A stretch of 63,903 nucleotides of DNA, filler included, from Octopus bimaculoides (Eukaryota): assembly GCF_001194135.2 (NCBI RefSeq). It is 10 parts of 9 records of this genome, joined end to end, with 100 filler letters (N's around TTAATTAATTAA, not from the genome) between each part and the next. Parts side by side here need not be neighbours in the genome. Positions count along the whole stretch, not along the records: positions 1 to 23,957 come from NC_068981.1; 9 more parts are not named here. One strand, written 5' to 3'. The notes under the pieces are model-generated. The model made no database searches. It was not told where the DNA came from and worked only from the letters and a program-made list of their open reading frames with translations. Numbering within the stretch: the first letter of the stretch is position 1; each line of letters starts with the position of its first letter. Shown one piece after another: positions 11,561 through 22,034 of this stretch. Position numbers and translations under genes: made by a program.

Positions 11561-13705
11561 AGACAAATACTGTGTTCAGGAACAGCTACGCCATGCGGGG
11601 TACGTGGATGCATTCCTGTAGCCAACATTTTCTCATTTGTGTTTAGTTATTATTATGGTTTAAACTCTTGCACAACGTGCGTTTTCTGTCGAAACGCTTG
11701 TAAAAAATGATAAATTTGAGTTTTTTGCCGTACCTTGTCTCATTTTTAATTGTATAAAATAGTTATTCAATAGATAAATCTTCATTGAAGAGGAAATGTA
11801 TTAACATATAACTTATAAATCGAGCGATGATTAGACGCCATGTTGCTTTCATTAATGAATCACATTAACCAATGATTGGCCCATCTAAAATTGTTTAAAC
11901 TTGAATGGCCCCAGTTGCTGTCACTGATTAATTCAAAGTGTGTGGAAGTCATCGTCGAAATATAGGGGTCTGGTTAAGCCTGGCTGATCGATGTTTTACA
12001 AAAGGAACTGTAAAACTTCATTAGAGATAAGTGAAACTATTGCCATGTTGTTAGACATGAATAAAACCGTCGTTGGAGCTGCGTTTTGGTGTGGCTTGTG
12101 TTGTCGGCTGGTCTGAAGTGATGACTGAAAATGTATTCCTTGGGCCGCGTGAAGGATTAACTGATAACACCAACGAATAATTAAAAGAAGATTTTATTAT
12201 TGCACACAGAGTTTTAACTGGTTTTAACTGGTTTAACTTGGTTTGAAGTGCAACATGTGTGGCAGAGTTACGAAGACTAGAGCTGACGGGAGAATCATCA
12301 TTGAAATCACACAAGGAAACAGGCTCAAGAAGAAATTACAAAATGTCATACTTGAAGATGAGTTTACAACCAATACGTATGTATGTATGTATGTATGTAT
12401 GTATGTATGTATGTATGTATGTATGTATGTTTGCATTCATGAATGTAAGTATGCATGCATATATGCATGGATGTATGTATGACTGTATGTATGCATGTAT
12501 ATATGTATGTATACATGCATGTATGTATTATATATGTATGCATGCACTATACATGTANNNNNNNNNNNNNNNNNNNNNNNNNNNNNNNNNNNNNNNNNNN
12601 NNNNNNNNNNNNNNNNNNNNNNNNNNNNNNNNNNNNNNNNNNNNNNNNNNNNNNNNNNNNNNNNNNNNNNNNNNNNNNNNNNNNNNNNNNNNNNNNNNNN
12701 NNNNNNNNNNNNNNNNNNNNNNNNNNNNNNNNNNNNNNNNNNNNNNNNNNNNNNNNNNNNNNNNNNNNNNNNNNNNNNNNNNNNNNNNNNNNNNNNNNNN
12801 NNNNNNNNNNNNNNNNNNNNNNNNNNNNNNNNNNNNNNNNNNNNNNNNNNNNNNNNNNNNNNNNNNNNNNNNNNNNNNNNNNNNNNNNNNNNNNNNNNNN
12901 NNNNNNNNNNNNNNNNNNNNNNNNNNNNNNNNNNNNNNNNNNNNNNNNNNNNNNNNNNNNNNNNNNNNNNNNNNNNNNNNNNNNNNNNNNNNNNNNNNNN
13001 NNNNNNNNNNNNNNNNNNNNNNNNNNNNNNNNNNNNNNNNNNNNNNNNNNNNNNNNNNNNNNNNNNNNNNNNNNNNNNNNNNNNNNNNNNNNNNNNNNNN
13101 NNNNNNNNNNNNNNNNNNNNNNNNNNNNNNNNNNNNNNNNNNNNNNNNNNNNNNNNNNNNNNNNNNNNNNNNNNNNNNNNNNNNNNNNNNNNNNNNNNNN
13201 NNNNNNNNNNNNNNNNNNNNNNNNNNNNCCCCCCCAGCGAAATCGAGCGACTGCGATAAAATCAATTATGATTGAAGATAGAATTTCAAACAGTTTAACA
13301 TTCCGTATTTGGATTTCATTGATTAGTTCTTGTTGTTGTTGTTGTTGATGATGATGTTATCGTTATTGTTGTTGTTGTGGTTGATGTCTTATAACCCCAG
13401 GTCAGCCGTTATCGAGTAGATCTATGATCAAAGTATCAAACTTAAAATAAGCACTGGGGTCATTCGGCTAAAAGTTCTTCAGGGCGGTGCCCCAGCATGG
13501 CCGCAGTCTAATGAGTGAAACACGCAAAAGATAAAATATCAAAGACAAACGCTTTTAAACCCTATCTCTTTATTTTCTTTGTTTATTAAGAACAACATTG
13601 TCAGAATCGGTTGAGTGGTCAATATTGACCCTTAGGGATCTATGTAGCTAATCAATGGGTCAGTAAGCACATGAGACAATATTTGAGTATTAAAAGTGCT
13701 GAATT

Positions 13706-14087
13706 CGTGGCACTCCGCCGGTTACGATGACGAGGGTTCCAGTTGATCCGATCAACGGAACAGCCTGCTTGTAAAATTAACGTGCAAGTGGCTGAGCACT
13801 CCACAGACACGTGTACCCTTAACATAGTTCTCGGGGAGATTCAGCATGAGACAGAGTATGAAAACGCTGATGCTTTTTAAATACAAGTACAACAGAAGTA
13901 GGAAGAAAGAGTGAGAGAAAGTTGTGGTAAAAGAGTACAACAGGGTTCACCTCCCCCCTGCTGGAGCCTCGTGGAGATTTAGGTGTTTTCGCTCAATAAA
14001 CATTCACAACGCCCGGTCTGGGAATCGAAACCGCGATCCTACGACCGTGTGTCCACTGCCCTAACCACTGGGCCATTGCGCCTCCAC
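13706..14087 (-). mobile_element. SINE family A, full-length copy with 10-bp TSD
   Basis: gtgctgaatt at 13696-13705 and 14088-14097 flanks a tRNA-like head (tggcccagtgg / gtttcgattcc) and body. Confidence 0.85.
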
Positions 14088-14159
14088 GTGCTGAATTATT
14101 AGCGAACTGATCTAGAAGACCGCTAAAACTCAGTAACTTACAGCCAAATCATTCATCAT

Positions 14160-14456
14160 ATCCATTCGGTTCTCATTGTGCTTTGTGGCACTTGAGGCAA
14201 CAGCAAGATCATCCCACCTTCTAACACTGAAAGCATCCTTGACAGCTTGTTCCATTGTTAACCCTTCTGCTTTTAAGATCTTTTGTTATTGTTCTCCACC
14301 ATGTTTCCTTCGGTCGACCACATCTTTTATTTTATGGAACCCATTGCCAAACAATCCTGACAATTAAGTTCAGTTTATAGCAACAAACTCGACCCAGCCA
14401 GTTCCATCTCCTTGCTTCAATAGTTTCTCTTACTGGTTTCACGTTAGCCATGGTGT
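14160..14456 (-). mobile_element. RTE-clade LINE, extreme C-terminus of the ORF
   Basis: Minus strand: RETIEARRWNWLGRVC...IVRIVWQWVP*NKRCGRPKETWWRTITKDLK, frameshift, AEGLTMEQAVKDA...RRWDDLAVASSATKH. Confidence 0.8.
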
Positions 14457-14519
14457 GTAGTTCGTTATTCGAGATCATATTCGGTCAGTAGACCTTCAAG
14501 AAAGATTTGCCAAATAGTG

Positions 14520-14981
14520 ACGCAATACTGGTTTCAAATTCTGGCACAAGGCCAGTAAATTTAGGGAGAGGGAGTAAATCGGCCACATCGACCCCAGCGC
14601 TATGCTGGTACTCATTTTATCGACCTCGAAAGAATGGAAGGCAACGCGGATCTCGGCGGCATTTGAACTCAGAACGTGAAATCTGGATGAATAGCGCTAA
14701 GCCTTTTATCTGGCGCGGCAAAGGTTCTACCAGCCTGCTTCTTTACATCGATGCCAGATTGGTCTCAAATTTTGGCTCCAGCCAGCAATTTAGGGGGAGG
14801 AGTTAAATCGATTACATCAACCCCCCCCACAGCAATTACTGGTACTTATTTTATTGGTCACCGAAAGGGATAAAAGGCAAAGTGAACGTCGATGGAATTC
14901 AGACTCAAAACGTAAAGACGAACGAAATGCTGCTAAGCATTTTGTCCGGCATTCTAACGATACTGGCAGTTCGTCGCCTTA
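14520..14981 (-). mobile_element. Two tandem SINE family B copies (about 14520-14730 and 14760-14981)
   Basis: Each carries the reverse complement of the family B body (ctggtacttattttat...gaaagg...aaaggcaaagt...ctcagaacgt...gctaag). Confidence 0.7.
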
Positions 14982-15006
14982 TTTTGACACAATATTAACT
15001 AGTATT

Positions 15007-15224
15007 AACTTGGGCGGCGAGCTGGCAGAATCGTTAGCACGGCGGGCGAAATGCTTAGCAGTATTCTATCTACCATTACCTTCTGAGTTCAAACTCCGCC
15101 GAGGTCGACTTTACCTTTCATCCTTTCGGGGTCGATTAAATAAGTACCAGTTACGTACCGGGGTCGATGTAATGGGCTGGCCCCCTCCCCCAAAATTTCG
15201 GGCCTTGTGCATAAAGTAGAAAAG
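15007..15224 (+). mobile_element. SINE family B, full-length copy with 16-bp TSD
   Basis: aatattaactagtatt at 14991-15006 and 15225-15240. Confidence 0.85.
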
Positions 15225-15972
15225 AATATTAACTAGTATTCACCAAACACATATTTCGCATCAAATATTCCAGGAGTGGTTGTGTGGTAAGGAACTTGCT
15301 TCTCAACCATATGGTTCCGGATTCGGTCCCGCTGCATGGCACCTTGGACAAATGTCTTCTCTTATAGCCTAAAAAAATAAAAGAATAACTGTATCAAAAT
15401 GACAATTTTTTAAAATTGTTTTTATCAATTTCGTTTAATATTTTCATTAAATTACTTTACGAGCTCTAAAAAAAAAAGTCTCACAACTGGTGCTATAAAA
15501 AGAATTCTACAACACATACCAGTTCGGCATTTAATCTCTTTCGAAGTCCCTTTCAGAAGCCATGCACTTTATCCANNNNNNNNNNNNNNNNNNNNNNNNN
15601 NNNNNNNNNNNNNNNNNNNNNNNNNNNNNNNNNNNNNNNNNNNNNNNNNNNNNNNNNNNNNNNNNNNNNNNNNNNNNNNNNNNNNNNNNNNNNNNNNNNN
15701 NNNNNNNNNNNNNNNNNNNNNNNNNNNNNNNNNNNNNNNNNNNNNNNNNNNNNNNNNNNNNNNNNNNNNNNNNNNNNNNNNNNNNNNNNNNNNNNNNNNN
15801 NNNNNNNNNNNNNNNNNNNNNNNNNNNNNNNNNNNNNNNNNNNNNNNNNNNNNNNNNNNNNNNNNNNNNNNNNNNNNNNNNNNNNNNNNNNNNNNNNNNN
15901 NNNNNNNNNNNNNNNNNNNNNNNNNNNNNNNNNNNNNNNNNNNNNNNNNNNNNNNNNNNNNNNNNNNNNNNN

Positions 15973-16490
15973 TATACAAACGACGGACTTCCGCACAATT
16001 TCCGTCTACCAAATCCACTCAGAAGGTACTGGTCTGTCCAGAACTACAGTGAAAGAAACAGGCACAAGGTGCTGCGCAGAGGGATTGAACTCGAAATCAC
16101 GAGGTTGTAAAGCAAGCTTCTAAGCCATGTCTTTTATCTTTTATTTGTTTCAGTCATTAGACTGCGGCCATGCTGGGGCAATACCTTGAAAAATTTTAGT
16201 CGAACGAATCGACCCTTGTACTTTTATTCGATCAGTTTGTTTTGCAGAACTGTTAAGTTACAGGGGACGTAAATACACCAGCATCGGTTGTCAGACCATG
16301 GTGGACCCCCACCACCACACACATGCGACGGGTTTCTTTCAGTTCCGTTCACCAAATCCATGCACAAGGCATTATTCGGCCTGGGGCTATGTAGTAAAAG
16401 ACACTAGCAGAAAGTGCTGCTCCTTGAGACTGAACTCAAAGCCATATGGTTGCAAACCAACCCCCTACGTCATATACACCCATGCCTGCG
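15973..16490 (-). mobile_element. Two SINE family C copies (about 15973-16115 and 16135-16490)
   Basis: ttccgtctaccaaatccactca core and tttcagtcattagactgcggccatgctgg tail, both in reverse orientation. Confidence 0.65.
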
Positions 16491-16542
16491 CTACTTGTAG
16501 CATCTTTAAAAACTTTTGTTTTTCTTCCTATATAGATTAACC

Positions 16543-16934
16543 ATGTGGAGGTGCAATGGCCCAGTGGTTAGGGCAGCGGACTCGCGGTCGGAGGATCGCG
16601 GTTTCGATTCCCAGACCGGGCGTTGCGAGTGTTTATTGAGCGAAAACACCTAAAGCTCCACGAGGCTCCGGCAGGGGATGGTGGCGAACCCTGCTGTATT
16701 CTTTCAACACATCTTTCTCTCACTCTTTCTTCCTGTTTCTGTTGAGCCTTTAATTCAAAGGGTCAGCCTTGTCACACTCTGTGTCACGCTGAACATCCCC
16801 GAGAACTACGTTAAGGGTACACGTGTCTGTGGAGGGCTCAGCCACTTGCACGTTAATTTCACAAGTAGGCTGTTTCCGTTGATCGGATCAACTGGAACCC
16901 TCGACGTCGTAAGCGACGGAGTGCCAACACCAAC
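16543..16934 (+). mobile_element. SINE family A, full-length copy with 9-bp TSD
   Basis: agattaacc at 16534-16542 and 16935-16943; A box TGGCCCAGTGG 16557-16567; B box GTTTCGATTCC 16601-16611. Confidence 0.85.
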
Positions 16935-17126
16935 AGATTAACCTTACCTCTGCAATTCTTGATTAGCGTAAATACAGGGATAGAGTTAATCTTGTTTTTT
17001 TATGAATGGTGGTCATTAAGTTATGGATAAAGCAAACCTTAATCTAAATTAATCTCTGCTGGTGCCTCATCACCTGCGGCGGCGCAGTCTCATAAGATAT
17101 CCGCTGCAGTGCTTGCTTAGTCTTGA

Positions 17127-17184
17127 TGACGTCACGCGTTTTCCTACTGACGTCATCGCTATTTGCATTCGGCTCAAACAATGG
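17127..17184. promoter_or_regulatory. Candidate enhancer/promoter: two full CRE sites, octamer and Sox motif
   Basis: TGACGTCA at 17127-17134 and 17148-17155, CACGCG 17133-17138, ATTTGCAT 17161-17168, AACAATGG 17177-17184, in CpG-containing non-repeat sequence. Confidence 0.45.
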
Positions 17185-17376
17185 CCTCTTTGCTTTCAGC
17201 CGGACAAAATGTAGTGTATAGCCAACATAGCGAAATAATGGCCTGCCTTATCACTTGGCATAGATTCACTTAAGTTTTACAGTGAAATACCTAGAAGTCA
17301 GTTGGTCATGGTTTGTATTAATAACTTATTGCAGACTATTTGGCACCTCTGTAGCGAAGCTGAGCAGACTGTGAAG

Positions 17377-17431
<55 letters not shown>

Positions 17432-18168
17432 NNNNNNNNNNNNNNNNNNNNNNNNNNNNNNNNNNNNNNNNNNNNNNNNNNNNNNNNNNNNNNNNNNNNN
17501 NNNNNNNNNNNNNNNNNNNNNNNNNNNNNNNNNNNNNNNNNNNNNNNNNNNNNNNNNNNNNNNNNNNNNNNNNNNNNNNNNNNNNNNNNNNNNNNNNNNN
17601 NNNNNNNNNNNNNNNNNNNNNNNNNNNNNNNNNNNNNNNNNNNNNNNNNNNNNNNNNNNNNNNNNNNNNNNNNNNNNNNNNNNNNNNNNNNNNNNNNNNN
17701 NNNNNNNNNNNNNNNNNNNNNNNNNNNNNNNNNNNNNNNNNNNNNNNNNNNNNNNNNNNNNNNNNNNNNNNNNNNNNNNNNNNNNNNNNNNNNNNNNNNN
17801 NNNNNNNNNNNNNNNNNNNNNNNNNNNNNNNNNNNNNNNNNNNNNNNNNNNNNNNNNNNNNNNNNNNNNNNNNNNNNNNNNNNNNNNNNNNNNNNNNNNN
17901 NNNCAGGAAAGATACGTTTAAAGATAAATCGGTGAGATTTCCATGGACGAAATGTCTAGCTTTGAGATCTTTTACTAAACGATGCTTTCAAAAATACCAC
18001 AACGTAGCTACAAGACTTCAGATTTCGGTCCAATTTTTCTTGCTTCTCACAGATCCGCGCAAATTGACGAGGAAAATTCTGCGCAGTGAAGTAACATGTA
18101 AGAAATAGCAGCCAAACCACTTCAAATCAGGAAATACTATCTTAAAGAATGAAAGACACATTGAGCAG

Positions 18169-18828
18169 CAGTGGCGGTTCGTATATAGGCACTGCAGAAC
18201 TGCAGCTCCCCCTATTTCCACTCGATATTATTGATAACATTCAATATAATGAGTCCTTTTTTCTTTAATTCTTTCTTTATACTTGCACATTATATAATCC
18301 TTAAGCTTAATGTCAGTAGCCACCCTGTAGGCTATGAAAAATATACAAAAATCCTTGTATAGAACTGTGCACTTCACATTTCTAGCAACGCGGTGTTTAG
18401 CTGTTGTGCGCATGCTCACATGTTCGGGATAGGAAGCTTCACGCTAGGGAGAGACAGCACTGTCGTTCACGCAGTGCCGGGTGAAAGTTAGTGTTTCTTT
18501 TTGACTCCGCGTGTGCTGTGCTTAAAAAACATGTTTATATTCTTGAATGTGGTAAAGTGTAGAATTAGATTATTATCCAGCTTCAGTGTTGCTGCCAGGA
18601 TTTGAAAAATAGGACAGACTTTTCCTCCTTTAGGAGGGGATTTTTGAAAAACAAGAGGGAATTCACGGCGGTATTCAGTGAAAAAATTAAATACACTCCC
18701 CGGCTGTGGCTAAAACGCGAACCGATCAAGTTTATGTATAAATATTCTTTTTTATATGTTTATTTCCTTTTACGGCTAAAAGTTTTCTGAAGTAGCACCC
18801 CACTAATTTTATCTACGAGCAGCCACTG
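18169..18828. mobile_element. Non-autonomous hAT-type DNA transposon (660 bp)
   Basis: Imperfect TIRs cagtggcggttcgtat / ctacgagcagccactg (13/16) and an exact 8-bp TSD ttgagcag at 18161-18168 and 18829-18836. Confidence 0.75.
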
Positions 18829-19003
18829 TTGAGCAGTGTATTCCTCGTTATACAAAGAGGCAGGATGATCATGGCTTGAATATCTTCGACTGTGGGACTT
18901 GGAATAAGCAATAACGATAACAGCAACACGTTAGTGGCAAATACAAGGATAGCACTTTGTATGTAAAAGAGCTTTTGTCTTTTTAAACGAAATATTCTGC
19001 AAT

Positions 19004-19207
19004 ATTTCATCAGACGAAATTTCATCAGACGAAATTTCGTCTGACGAAATTTCATTAGAAGAAATTTTGTCAGACGTAATTTTGTCAGACGAAATTTCGT
19101 CAGATGAAATTTCGTCACACGAAATTTTCTCTAGCGAAATTTTGTCAGACGAAATTTTATCGGGCGAGATTTCATCAAATGAGATTTCGTCAGATGAAAT
19201 TTTGCCG
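19004..19207. repeat. Tandem array of about 13.5 self-palindromic 15-bp units
   Basis: Consensus gacgaaatttcgtca (14-bp palindrome plus 1 nt); 15-bp period kept without indels. Confidence 0.9.
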
Positions 19208-19695
19208 TCTTTAGTCCTTTGCGCACAGTGGTTAAATCACACGTAATCTAGATATTTATGCCAATCTTTAACTGATTCTATAATGAAGAAGCTCGAAAAT
19301 ATCCTTTAATTAGNNNNNNNNNNNNNNNNNNNNNNNNNNNNNNNNNNNNNNNNNNNNNNNNNNNNNNNNNNNNNNNNNNNNNNNNNNNNNNNNNNNNNNN
19401 NNNNNNNNNNNNNNNNNNNNNNNNNNNNNNNNNNNNNNNNNNNNNNNNNNNNNNNNNNNNNNNNNNNNNNNNNNNNNNNNNNNNNNNNNNNNNNNNNNNN
19501 NNNNNNNNNNNNNNNNNNNNNNNNNNNNNNNNNNNNNNNNNNNNNNNNNNNNNNNNNNNNNNNNNNNNNNNNNNNNNNNNNNNNNNNNNNNNNNNNNNNN
19601 NNNNNNNNNNNNNNNNNNNNNNNNNNNNNNNNNNNNNNAAAGAAATTGGTTTCAATATCGTTGGGAATAGGTGACGATATTTATTAAATGATACA

Positions 19696-20030
19696 GTGAA
19701 GGCGCATGGCTCAGTGGTTGGAGCGCCGGGCTCACGATCATGAGGTAGTGAATTCGATTCCCGAACCGGGCTGCGTGTTGTGTTCTTGAGCAAGACACCT
19801 TATTTCTCATTTCACTCAGCTGTAGAAATGAGCTGCAACATCACTGGTGCCAAGTTGTATTGGCCCCTTTGCCTTTCCCTTGGATAACATTGGTGGTGTG
19901 GAGAGGAGAGGCTGGTATGCATGGGCGATTGCTGGTCTTCCATAAAACAACCTTGCTCCGACTTGTGCCTGGGAGGGTAACCTTCTAGGGGCAATCCCAT
20001 GGTCATTCATGACCGAAGGGGGTCTTTACT
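19696..20030 (+). mobile_element. SINE with a family A-type head and a different 3' body
   Basis: gtgaaggcgcatggctcagtgg...gaattcgattcc...cttgagcaagacac...cactcagctgtagaaatgag, then an unrelated tail ending ggtcattcatgaccgaagggggtcttta. Confidence 0.7.
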
Positions 20031-20178
20031 CTTTTTACAGTTATGGAGACTTACATTCAGGATGTTAAGTTTCTCTGTCAATGATTCGATGATCGCCGTA
20101 CATCTTCAGCTGGTGCTAAGATCATCGAACTATTGACACAGTAACTGAAAGTCTTAAATGTCTCTATAACCGAAACAT

Positions 20179-20214
<36 letters not shown>

Positions 20215-20223
20215 TATCTTCTA

Positions 20224-20645
20224 TCTTTTACTGGATTCAGCCCAGGGCTGCATCCAGGTCATGCTGGTGCACCACCTGTAGTTACTCGCTGTTGTTTCCG
20301 GTATTGTTTTTGGTGAAGTAGCGAGTTGGACGGAGCTGTTCTTTGCGTCTCCTGCCACGATGTGGGTTCATCTGGTATCTCAGAAACCTGTCCAGACGCT
20401 CCTTGAAAACTTCCACATCAACACCATGTAAATCTCTAAGCTTGCCTGACAGGATGTTGAACAATTGCGGGCCCTTGAAACCCAGACTATTGCAGTACTG
20501 TGTCCTTATTTTAAATGGGCAAGACAGGATCTTTGGTATGATGCAGTGCCGTCCAGTTAGAGGATTGGTATAATTGTCAATTCTAAAATTAGGAGCTAAA
20601 CCTTCCAAGATCTTCCAAATATATATCACCGCATATCTCTCTCCA
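20224..20645 (-). mobile_element. CR1-like LINE 3' end (RT C-terminus plus 3' UTR)
   Basis: Minus strand: RERYAVIYIWKILEGLAPNF...GRHCIIP...CNSLGFKGPQLFNILSGKLRDLHGVDVEVFKERLDRFL; UTR ggtggtgcaccagcatg...cagccctgggctgaatccagtaaaaga. Confidence 0.85.
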
Positions 20646-21275
20646 GCATGGCCGTAGCCCTCAGGCTGAAACTAAGAGATAAAATATGTATGTTCTTTTA
20701 TTCTTTAAAAATAAAGAATACAGAAAGGATATACAAATACATACATATATATATANNNNNNNNNNNNNNNNNNNNNNNNNNNNNNNNNNNNNNNNNNNNN
20801 NNNNNNNNNNNNNNNNNNNNNNNNNNNNNNNNNNNNNNNNNNNNNNNNNNNNNNNNNNNNNNNNNNNNNNNNNNNNNNNNNNNNNNNNNNNNNNNNNNNN
20901 NNNNNNNNNNNNNNNNNNNNNNNNNNNNNNNNNNNNNNNNNNNNNNNNNNNNNNNNNNNNNNNNNNNNNNNNNNNNNNNNNNNNNNNNNNNNNNNNNNNN
21001 NNNNNNNNNNNNNNNNNNNNNNNNNNNNNNNNNNNNNNNNNNNNNNNNNNNNNNNNNNNNNNNNNNNNNNNNNNNNNNNNNNNNNNNNNNNNNNNNNNNN
21101 NNNNNNNNNNNNNNNNNNNNNNNNNNNNNNNNNNNNNNNNNNNNNNNNNNNNNNNNNNNNNNNNNNNNNNNNNNNNNNNNNNNNNNNNNNNNNNNNNNNN
21201 NNNNNNNNNNNNNNNNNNNNNNNNNNNNNNNNNNNNNNNNNNNNNNNNNNNNNNNNNNNNNNNNNNNNNNNNNNN

Positions 21276-21306
<31 letters not shown>

Positions 21307-21799
21307 GCACAGATGTAGGCATGTGTGTGTGTGTGTGTGTGAGAATAGAGACAATGTAGGGACGCTGATTATAAAATACCAACAATATGGATTCTTTAAC
21401 TATTTTAATGCAACGTAAAGAAATATTTCGGAATTCCTGAAGACTTCTCAAAGAACAATGATATGACTACTGGCATTCGTGGCTATACATGCAAACGCAT
21501 ATACACACACGCATACACATATACACACAAACGCACACAGACACACACGCACACATGCATACTGGCAGACACAATAACAGAGACACAATCTTTTTTCCCC
21601 ACAAAGATGCAAATCGTTCAATATTTCTGAGGAAAACTAAATAATCGATAAACATTGATCTCACTGATTGATTGACAACTCTTTTATCGATCTCTGAAGG
21701 ATGAAAAAGCAGAGGTGACCTAAGAAAGATCTGAACTCAGAATGTAAAGAGATGGAACTAAGTACTGTTATTTTTGTTCGTCGCACCATCGGATGTCTT

Positions 21800-22005
21800 T
21801 TATCTTTTACTTGTTTAAAGTATTAGGCTGCGGCCATGCTGGAGTACAATTTCGAAGTTTTTTAGTCGAATGAGTCGACTGCAGTACTCATCCCTTTTAA
21901 GTGTTTGGTTCGTTTTCAATCGGTTTCTGTTTGCTGAACTGGTACGTTACGGGGACGTAAACACACCAACACCGTTTGGTGCTAGGGAGAAACATAGACA
22001 CGAAG
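21800..22005 (-). mobile_element. SINE family C, 3' half
   Basis: ggctgcggccatgctggag...ttacggggacgtaaacacaccaacacc, in reverse orientation. Confidence 0.65.
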
Positions 22006-22034
22006 ACACAGGCATGTATATATATATATAAATA

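Noticed and set aside
11850-12370. Coding-like non-repeat segment (ORFs 12051-12314 and 12243-12482)
   Set aside because: Stops in all frames and no recognisable domain; possibly old retroelement sequence but unassignable.
16543-16620. tRNA genes at SINE heads (also 23173, 19696, 36544)
   Set aside because: A/B boxes are present, but the acceptor stem is not closed and each continues into a shared SINE body, some with TSDs.
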